The position numbers were made by a program, and so were the translations under genes. From positions 32,001 to 96,000 of IMG/VR virus record IMGVR_UViG_3300008952_000006: DNA of 64,000 nucleotides; one strand, given 5' to 3'. The DNA is from a virus. This document shows positions 19,274 to 26,388 of this stretch, piece after piece; position 1 is the stretch's first letter; the number at the start of each line of letters is the position of its first letter. The notes beneath the pieces are model-generated. The model worked only from the letters and a program-made list of their open reading frames with translations. It was not told the origin of the DNA and ran no database searches.

Positions 19274-19645
19274 ATGAAAGAATTTGAAATGGTGCCAGGG
19301 CAAGAAGAGTATTGGGCTCTTGTTTCCCAGTCACTAAAGAACCGTAAAAAAGTTAAAACAACCAGCTATGGTGGCTGGACTATTACTAGTTATGTTGGTT
19401 CTCGACCAACAACTGAGACTGGCACAAATATTACTCATATAGAGTATAGCGCTAGTGCCAAAACGGGTGACTTCGAAAGATCGCAGGAGCCCAATCTGTC
19501 CGATGACCCACGAACGATTCGTGTAGACTTTGATGATACATCTGTTGTTACGCTTTCCGCAAAGACAATGGAAGAACTAACAAACAGACTGAAAGAGATT
19601 TTCAATGGTTTTCATTGGGAACAGGAGAAAGAAAGACATGTCTAA
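19274..19645 (+). CDS. hypothetical protein, first gene of the Ubl operon
   Basis: GAGGA RBS; overlaps the Ubl start. Confidence 0.65.
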   Translation: MKEFEMVPGQEEYWALVSQSLKNRKKVKTTSYGGWTITSYVGSRPTTETGTNITHIEYSASAKTGDFERSQEPNLSDDPRTIRVDFDDTSVVTLSAKTMEELTNRLKEIFNGFHWEQEKERHV

Positions 19646-20204
19646 CTACTTTGAAGAACAATTAAACGAGGCTACCACCGCACGTGATAACTTTGTCGCA
19701 GCTATGGGCGCAGACTACAGCCGAAGCAACCTGGACCGGCTCCAGGCACTACAGTCACAGGTTGACGCCGCACAGGCGCAACTGCAATCTACAACCCCGT
19801 CCAATGGGTCTAACGGATCCAATGGGTCTAACGGGTCTAACGGTATCGCCGTTAACGTTCAGCCTGCAGATAGCAGCGACGAGAACGTCGAGATGTGTGT
19901 CGTAAGCTTCATCAGGCACGGCAAAACAGACCGCTGCCGTGAGGTGCGTGCAGACGCAACAATCGGTGATATTATCCACACCCTTAATCTTGAGGAGCGA
20001 GGGTCGTGGGATGTAAGCAAACTAACGTTCAAACGGCGCGTTGGCCCAGGGCAAACGGCTGATATCACTGATCCAGCAAACACCAAGTTGGGTCCTGGTA
20101 CACACGAAATCTGGGTTGGGGACAAAGTCTCTGGTGGGCGTCGGCCAAAGCATAGCTGGGGGTTTATCCTTGAGCACGTGCTTGTCAATCACTACGTTCA
20201 GTAG
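19638..20204 (+). CDS. ubiquitin-like protein: coiled coil + (SNG)5 linker + beta-grasp domain ending KVSGG + 21-aa extension
   Basis: VVSFIRHG...EVRADATIGDII...L.PG..EIWVGDKVSGG; lies directly before E2/JAB/E1 genes. Confidence 0.75.
   Translation: MSNYFEEQLNEATTARDNFVAAMGADYSRSNLDRLQALQSQVDAAQAQLQSTTPSNGSNGSNGSNGSNGIAVNVQPADSSDENVEMCVVSFIRHGKTDRCREVRADATIGDIIHTLNLEERGSWDVSKLTFKRRVGPGQTADITDPANTKLGPGTHEIWVGDKVSGGRRPKHSWGFILEHVLVNHYVQ
19800..19844 (+). repeat. 5 x 9-bp tandem repeat encoding (Ser-Asn-Gly)5
   Basis: TCYAAYGGN x5. Confidence 0.9.
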
Positions 20205-20226
20205 ACCAGACTTAAGACACGACCAT

Positions 20227-20265
20227 GGCGGGGGGCTCCTTACAGGGCCTCCCGCTATTTTTTTT
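20227..20265 (+). terminator. intrinsic terminator/attenuator between Ubl and E2
   Basis: GGCGGGGGGCTC-CTTACA-GGGCCTCCCGCT followed by A and T8. Confidence 0.75.
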
Positions 20266-20275
20266 GGAGGAAGAA

Positions 20276-21406
20276 ATGGCTGCAACCACTAACTGCTTTG
20301 TTCTAGATATTACAAAAAGCGAAGACCACATTGTTGAACAACTGCGCAGTGCGGTTGAGGCTGACTCAAAGAACGACACTGCGAGGATCCTAGAGCTTAA
20401 TGCTCGCATAAAGAAACTGGAGCCAATCTCTAAAATGAATGGCGTCAAAGTCGAAAAGCGGAGTGAAATATATGAGCGCATGCGTGCCCGTATGTCCGCA
20501 AAACATATAGAATACGAAAGAGCCCGAAACCGGGTTCGAACAGCTAGGGACAAGCACTGGGCAAGAATCACTAAGCAAGCTGAATGCGATGCCAGCATAG
20601 ACAGCCTGAAAACGGAAATATCCCGCATAAAACGAAGACTCGAGCATGCGGCAACTCTGTATGAAGGAGACGCCTTCGAAAGGCGAGCGTTGATGTTGAA
20701 ATTCGTTGCAGACCGCGTGGACACTAGCGTGCCAATTACGGTGCAAACCGTCAATGAAAACGAGCTAACAGTCAAATGGAAGACCAGCGACATCTATATA
20801 AAAGATGGTTTCGGTGGAACTCTCCCATTTAACTTTGGAAGCTTCCAGGTTCACATAACGTACAAAACCAGTTCCGAGCGGGGTAATCGTGTAGATGTAT
20901 ACTGTTACGACGCAGCTGATAACGATAAGAGGGCGGACTACTCACACCCGCACCTAAATGAACATGGGCATGCATGTCTCGGAAATCTAGCACCAATGCT
21001 TCTTAAGTTCCTAGGAGAGAAGGATATCGTCGGTGTTATAGAAAAGGTTACGGAGTTCCTTCAACACTACAATAGAGATAACCCGTATATAAAATTAGAG
21101 AACTGGTGCGAGAATAGGTGGGATAACGCCATTTGTGAGTCTGGTCGGCACATCCTAGCGGATTGCACCTGCCCAAGATGTGCTGGTTGTCGCCAAATTT
21201 TTGAAACCCCAGATATTGAAATAAGCGCCTGCGGGCACTGTCCTAGTTGCTGCATGGTCAGCCATATACACGTACCCACAATGACGGGTGTAAACGGTAC
21301 ACACTGCATCAATAGAGCAGAATACCGGCACGTTGAGTGCAACGAAACAAGCCCAGCGGGCTGTACGTATAAGCCAATTGGCGAGCCAACAAATGAAGGA
21401 GCATAG
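20276..21406 (+). CDS. prokaryotic E2/UBC-like conjugating enzyme with N-terminal coiled coil and C-terminal Cys/His-rich domain
   Basis: YSHPHLNEHGHACLGN (HPH...C active-site motif); FLQHYNRDNPY; GGAGG RBS. Confidence 0.75.
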   Translation: MAATTNCFVLDITKSEDHIVEQLRSAVEADSKNDTARILELNARIKKLEPISKMNGVKVEKRSEIYERMRARMSAKHIEYERARNRVRTARDKHWARITKQAECDASIDSLKTEISRIKRRLEHAATLYEGDAFERRALMLKFVADRVDTSVPITVQTVNENELTVKWKTSDIYIKDGFGGTLPFNFGSFQVHITYKTSSERGNRVDVYCYDAADNDKRADYSHPHLNEHGHACLGNLAPMLLKFLGEKDIVGVIEKVTEFLQHYNRDNPYIKLENWCENRWDNAICESGRHILADCTCPRCAGCRQIFETPDIEISACGHCPSCCMVSHIHVPTMTGVNGTHCINRAEYRHVECNETSPAGCTYKPIGEPTNEGA

Positions 21407-21407
21407 A

Positions 21408-22442
21408 ATGTCGAAAGTTCTAGAAAACCCAACAGTTCGTTTTACATACAAAGCGTATCAACAGATGCGCGACTTAACAAGAGACTGCCCCACTGAAGTC
21501 AGCGCGATGGGAATCATCGCAACGGACCAGCAACGAGAAGACTTGGGTATAGATGAAAGATTCTATATCCTAAGCTTTGTGGTCCCAGACCAAAGTTGTA
21601 CAGGAGTCTCGACCGTAATGAATACAGACTCTCTGAGTGAGATAGCCTTTGACCTTAGAGACAAGGGCATCCTGTCGGAGCAAGTCTGTGTCTGGTGGCA
21701 CAGCCACGTAAATATGGGAACAGGACACAGCGGCACAGACGAAAAACAGATTGAAGACTTCGACTTTGATGAGGTGTGTATATCACTCATCACCAATAAA
21801 GACGGTGATTTAAACTGTAGGGTCGATCTGTATAAGCCGATCAGATACTCCTTTGAGGAATGCGACTGGTGTGTTGATCCTGTAGATGTCTTAGAGAAGG
21901 ACTGGGCGAAAAAGCAGATCGAAGAGCATGTCTCGGTCCCAGCGCCTACCCGCTTAAATGTTGTTAAGGCACCAGTGGTAAAGAAAACCTACACCCCCTA
22001 CCAGTATGGCGGCTGGAACATGGGCGGTAACTATAGCTGGAACGGTGACTGGGAAGAGGAAGCCGAGGCTGAGAAGGATAAGTCGAAGGCGTCTTCCTAT
22101 GATGAGTACTGCAACTACGATAAAGACGTACCTGAAGTAAACTTCCCCGAGGAGCTTAAGCTGCTGGAGGAGCTACATGAAGAACACGTGGTAACCACAC
22201 AGGAGGCCATGGAGTACTACGCAAAATGGTACGCCAACGAGATAGGTACAGAGGAGCTGGAGGATGAGCTGCAAACTCTTTTCTATGAGAAAGAAATGGG
22301 CGGCGGCCAATCAGAGAAGGACGCAGATGAAGATGACGAGGACGCAGCTGGAAGAAAAATTCTAGAGTCCTTTGTCGTGCATGACATCAACGATGAAGTG
22401 GAAACGCCAAAAGTCTGTTCTGTTGTAGGAGGTTCAGAATGA
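21408..22442 (+). CDS. JAB/JAMM (MPN+) metallopeptidase with acidic C-terminal extension
   Basis: EVSAMG plus HSH-x7-SGTD (WWHSHVNMGTGHSGTD). Confidence 0.88.
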   Translation: MSKVLENPTVRFTYKAYQQMRDLTRDCPTEVSAMGIIATDQQREDLGIDERFYILSFVVPDQSCTGVSTVMNTDSLSEIAFDLRDKGILSEQVCVWWHSHVNMGTGHSGTDEKQIEDFDFDEVCISLITNKDGDLNCRVDLYKPIRYSFEECDWCVDPVDVLEKDWAKKQIEEHVSVPAPTRLNVVKAPVVKKTYTPYQYGGWNMGGNYSWNGDWEEEAEAEKDKSKASSYDEYCNYDKDVPEVNFPEELKLLEELHEEHVVTTQEAMEYYAKWYANEIGTEELEDELQTLFYEKEMGGGQSEKDADEDDEDAAGRKILESFVVHDINDEVETPKVCSVVGGSE

Positions 22443-23101
22443 TAGATACAACCCGACAGTCGGGGATTATCCCAGACAATAAGGTTCAAGAAATATCTGT
22501 CGCCATTGTCGGTGCGGGGTCCATTGGATCCCATACCGCCGAGGTGCTTTGTAAGATGGGTATTCGTAAATTACGCATCTTCGACTTCGACGACGTCGAA
22601 GGACACAACGTGGCCAACCAAGGCTATTACGTACCCGAAATTGGGTATAAGAAGTGTGAGGCTCTACGACTCCGACTTGGTTCGGGAACAGGGGTAGAAA
22701 TCATAGCCGAGAACCGGAGGTATGACGCCGGGGAAAAATTTCAAGAAGAATACGTTATCTCGGCAGTAGATAACATGTCTTCTCGAGCGGACATCTGGTC
22801 CGGTTTCCTAGCAAGCTCTGGTTGTCGCTACTTTCTAGACGCTCGTATGGGGGCAAGAAATGGTTCTGTGTTCTTCGTTGATAAGCGAAGCGTAGAATCA
22901 ATCTCCCGCTACGACCGGTCCTTGTTTCCTGACGAAGAAGCAGTTCAGTTACCGTGTACAGAGAAGAGCACCATCTTCTGTGCATATGGCCTCTCAGGTC
23001 TTATTGGTGCGCTCGTTGCCGAAAGTATTATCGGTGATAATGAGTTAAATTTCTCTGTGGATGTAGATTTCTCCAACATCCACATGTTTCGTAATACGTA
23101 A
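22439..23101 (+). CDS. ThiF/MoeB-family E1-like activating enzyme
   Basis: IVGAGSIGS, DFDDVEGHNVANQ, K, AVDNMSSR, DARMG; candidate catalytic Cys in QLPCT. Confidence 0.9.
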   Translation: MIDTTRQSGIIPDNKVQEISVAIVGAGSIGSHTAEVLCKMGIRKLRIFDFDDVEGHNVANQGYYVPEIGYKKCEALRLRLGSGTGVEIIAENRRYDAGEKFQEEYVISAVDNMSSRADIWSGFLASSGCRYFLDARMGARNGSVFFVDKRSVESISRYDRSLFPDEEAVQLPCTEKSTIFCAYGLSGLIGALVAESIIGDNELNFSVDVDFSNIHMFRNT

Positions 23102-23137
23102 ATCCTAGCTAGCTTATACACTTATAGGGAGAATCTT

Positions 23138-23896
23138 ATGGCTACCAATAACCGCGATAAAAATCGTTTCAGCTTCGGGCAAATGGGAGATCAAATGGTC
23201 TCACTGATTGACGAAGAGACGGCACCTGCCGTCATCCGTATTGAATATAATAACGTCATCTGTGAGATGGCGAAAGTCACAAGTGGTGGTCGCACGTACT
23301 ATACGGGCGTCCCAAAGACAAAGGATGGGCACAAGTGTAAATTTGGTTTTACGCTTGATTGTTCTGGGTACTTCGAAGGAAGTGCCGCAATGAACTACAT
23401 CGCAATGGGCGGGTGGCGTCGGGGGACTAAAAAGCCCACCCACGCAGAGAAGGCTAAGCGACGAACAGAGTTCGTGATGCAATTCCTCTCAAACTGCATC
23501 CACCACCGCAGCCCAGACGTCTCCTCTGAGCACGGCTTAGAGGGTCTTAAGAAGCTTGTGTCAAGCAGAACAGGGATGGAAGTGGTCACGGGGGAAATGA
23601 CCCCCGAAGACCTACGAGGATTGGCTTTGATGGCCGTCCCCTTCTATCTCGTAGAAATCTGTAAAGGGCGGGGGTTGAAGATGGTGCTGGACATACCCAA
23701 GTATGTCTCCCGTCTAGTTCAACCGCAGTACGCCAAATGTGAGCTTGGTGAGTGGGACCACGAGAGTGGTCAGGTAGCCATTACCAGTGCGCTCTCCGCA
23801 GCGCAGGCGCAGCTTATGCAGGAAGCAGGGTACCGGTTCCGAAAGGTTCAATACTCTGTTAAAGCGGCAGCTGAGCCTAAAAAGCAAGAAGAGTAG
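23138..23896 (+). CDS. hypothetical protein, last gene of the Ubl operon
   Basis: GGGAG RBS; followed by a terminator. Confidence 0.7.
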   Translation: MATNNRDKNRFSFGQMGDQMVSLIDEETAPAVIRIEYNNVICEMAKVTSGGRTYYTGVPKTKDGHKCKFGFTLDCSGYFEGSAAMNYIAMGGWRRGTKKPTHAEKAKRRTEFVMQFLSNCIHHRSPDVSSEHGLEGLKKLVSSRTGMEVVTGEMTPEDLRGLALMAVPFYLVEICKGRGLKMVLDIPKYVSRLVQPQYAKCELGEWDHESGQVAITSALSAAQAQLMQEAGYRFRKVQYSVKAAAEPKKQEE

Positions 23897-23950
23897 ATAT
23901 GGGTGGGGCGCGGCGTTATGCCGTGCCCCTATCCCATCTAATTTTTATTT
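23894..23950 (+). terminator. intrinsic terminator
   Basis: ATGGGTGGGGCGCGGC/GCCGTGCCCCTATCCCAT hairpin and T-rich tract. Confidence 0.75.
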
Positions 23951-23962
23951 ATGAAGAGGGGT

Positions 23963-24075
23963 GACAACAAAGAGGTTGTCAAATGACAACATTGTTATTG
24001 TCGGGCAAAACGCTGTACCAACGGCTACTTACATAGAATATGTGGTATAAGGCAACTGACAACAACGTATCTGTC
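23963..24075. repeat. three 18-bp GACA-N10-TGTC palindromic sites
   Basis: 23963 GACAACAAAGAGGTTGTC; 23985 GACAACATTGTTATTGTC; 24058 GACAACAACGTATCTGTC. Confidence 0.85.
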
Positions 24076-24108
24076 AGGCATAGACACTTTTCACCCAAAG
24101 GAGGGCCT

Positions 24109-25194
24109 GTGAAAGTCATTGAAATTTTAAACATTAGAGCCACTCCGCACGTAAAAGTGCGCGCTTACCCAACAACGAGTACTAACCGGTGGTCCAGAAA
24201 CGACTTTACTGATCCAGAAGATGATGAAGTCTGGGATGAAGATGACCTTACCCCTGTTGAAAGAGGTCACGTGTATCTATGGAAAGAAGACGATGATGGT
24301 TGGATACATATCTTTATGCCGTTTAAAATAATGGATGAAGAAACAGGTATACTGCTCAGAGGCTTCCAGACATTCCGCAGTACAGCTCCTTTTGTAACTG
24401 GCAGAAATCATGCCTTGGATAAGCTAACTAAAAATCCAAAATCTTGTCTCCAGAACTTTAAATTTACTAAAGAGTATTTTAATACATTTAAAAAGAAAGT
24501 TAAGGCTATAGACGGGGTAGTAGAGAAAGATGAAATTGACGTAGAAGCTCTTCTTTCCCATATCCAGGAAACAAGAGAGACTGTAAAAGCGCTTAATAGC
24601 ACAGTAGCCTCTTTAAGAACCACCTACTGTGTAGCTTCCAGTGAAGTAAAACTAGACACAAGAGAAAAACTAGAAGAGGCATTAAAACAATTCTCTATGC
24701 TAAGAGACTCTTTCAGAGAATCCGGTAAAGAGAGAGTTGTGTTAGCAAAAATTCTAAGTCGTTTAAAAGAAGAGTCTGGAAGGAAAACAGCTTACATTGA
24801 AGCGAGCGAGTGGTTTAGTGTGTTAACAAAAGAACTAAACCTCGTGCGCAGTGCAGACTTCGACAGACTAGAAAGAGAGGCGGTTCATAAACACAGGGTA
24901 GACATTGGGGACCTAGATATGACAGCTAGACCACCCACACTAATGGCTCTTGGAGTTGAATTAGATAGGTTAAAACAGTACTTCCCGTGTCTTATAAAAC
25001 TTAAAGTAGTCAACACTCAAAACACCGAAGCAGTCTACCTGGACTTACCAGGGATAAAAATATCCCTCTTAAGCGATGGTGCTGTAAAAGTAGAAGGTGA
25101 CCCAGCAGTACTTAAACCATTCGTAGAAGGCTCATCCGCAGTTCAGGCTGCGGGGAGGCGTAGACGTACGATCTACACAGAAGATGAAAACTAG
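24109..25194 (+). CDS. hypothetical protein bracketed by palindromic repeats
   Basis: AAGGAGG RBS before GTG; GGTATAAG at 24044; visibly A/T-richer codons than neighbours. Confidence 0.7.
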   Translation: MKVIEILNIRATPHVKVRAYPTTSTNRWSRNDFTDPEDDEVWDEDDLTPVERGHVYLWKEDDDGWIHIFMPFKIMDEETGILLRGFQTFRSTAPFVTGRNHALDKLTKNPKSCLQNFKFTKEYFNTFKKKVKAIDGVVEKDEIDVEALLSHIQETRETVKALNSTVASLRTTYCVASSEVKLDTREKLEEALKQFSMLRDSFRESGKERVVLAKILSRLKEESGRKTAYIEASEWFSVLTKELNLVRSADFDRLEREAVHKHRVDIGDLDMTARPPTLMALGVELDRLKQYFPCLIKLKVVNTQNTEAVYLDLPGIKISLLSDGAVKVEGDPAVLKPFVEGSSAVQAAGRRRRTIYTEDEN

Positions 25195-25202
25195 GGAGGG
25201 GT

Positions 25203-25314
25203 GACAGAATGAAAGTTGTCACTCACCGTTATTCGGTAGAATCCCGTAAACAAAGGTAATACCTAGGTTTTTGGTGACAACAATGAAGTTGTCATCGACA
25301 AGGTGAAAGTTGTC
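25203..25314. repeat. three 18-bp GACA-N10-TGTC palindromic sites
   Basis: 25203 GACAGAATGAAAGTTGTC; 25276 GACAACAATGAAGTTGTC; 25297 GACAAGGTGAAAGTTGTC. Confidence 0.85.
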
Positions 25315-25470
25315 ACCCTCTAGGTACTTGTGGCTTGCATATGGATGAAGTTATTACCAATAATGTTAAATAGAATTTCTATTTTACCAACACGCTCAGC
25401 TACTACGACAGACGAATTGTTAGTAGCTTTATCTGGCAGCAACACAGTGAAACATGCCAAAGGAGAAACT

Positions 25471-26388
25471 ATGGCGCAAGACCAACTAAAACTTAAGAAG
25501 TTTAAGTTTGAAGACATCGAACTCAACGTTGATGGCTTCCAGAATTGTAGAAAGGCAGACATATATGATGTCAAAGAATTAAAGGAGTCCATCAAGCGAG
25601 AAGGGCTTCTAAATCCGCCAATCGTGCGGGTTTATAAAGATGATGACGGAGAGCAAAGAATTGTTCTTTTAGCGGGGTATCGAAGATACCAAGCTATTTC
25701 AGAGGAACGAAACACTCGAAAAGAGGCTGGGGAGAGCACTGCTAAGTTTTACGACATGATTCAGTGCACTGTCTTCTCAGGGTCTTTGGACGAAGCTCTT
25801 GCATTAAACTTGAGTGAGAATATGCAAAGGCAGAAGCTCAATCATGCGGACCAATGCGAAGCCATTGCGAAGCTTGTGGAGCGTGTTGGTAACCAAGAAC
25901 AGGTTTCCGGTATGCTTAGCATCAGCCAGCCTCAAGTAAGTGTTATGACTTCCACCTACCTTGGTCTATGCAAGATGGGTTTAGAGGCGCTCCGACACGG
26001 AAATATCCGCCTGAACCTAGCCAAGAGATTGGCGAGGTACTTAAAAGAAGATGGCTCTCCTGATGTTAAAAAGCAGGAAGAAATCCTCGAAGAGATATTA
26101 ACCGCAAAAGACGGCTCCCTGCCTGAAGATGCTCAACGTAAACGGGCTAAGACATATAGGAGCAAGCGCGAAGTGGAAGAACTGCGTGCCTTGTTAGCGA
26201 ACGCAGAGGGCGATGAAGTTGACGCAGACTACCGTAAAGTATCCATGCAGTGGTGCAAATGGTATTTCTGCGAGCTAAACACCGACACGATGCTTTACCG
26301 AGTGGAGGAGGACACTGTAGAGCTTATCGAAGAAGAAGCGCCAAAGCCCAAGAAAAAGAAGCGTAAGAAAATTCGCGTGGGTGAATAA
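25471..26388 (+). CDS. ParB/Srx N-terminal domain protein with HTH
   Basis: ELKESIKREGLLNPPIV, LLAGYRRYQA, ENMQRQKL, QEQVSGMLSISQPQVS; AAGGAG RBS. Confidence 0.85.
   Translation: MAQDQLKLKKFKFEDIELNVDGFQNCRKADIYDVKELKESIKREGLLNPPIVRVYKDDDGEQRIVLLAGYRRYQAISEERNTRKEAGESTAKFYDMIQCTVFSGSLDEALALNLSENMQRQKLNHADQCEAIAKLVERVGNQEQVSGMLSISQPQVSVMTSTYLGLCKMGLEALRHGNIRLNLAKRLARYLKEDGSPDVKKQEEILEEILTAKDGSLPEDAQRKRAKTYRSKREVEELRALLANAEGDEVDADYRKVSMQWCKWYFCELNTDTMLYRVEEDTVELIEEEAPKPKKKKRKKIRVGE

Noticed and set aside
22644-22651. GGTATAAG inside the E1 coding sequence
   Set aside because: Intragenic and lacks the upstream AAAA box; probably incidental
22439-23101. ThiF as a thiamine/molybdopterin biosynthesis or tRNA-modification enzyme
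   Set aside because: No thiS/thiG/moaD/moaE context, no CxxC Zn pairs, and it is coupled to E2 and JAB genes
23963-25314. CRISPR array or IS element interpretation of the 18-bp repeats
   Set aside because: Repeats are degenerate with irregular spacing, no cas genes are present, and the enclosed ORF shows no DDE, HUH or tyrosine/serine recombinase motif that I can recognise
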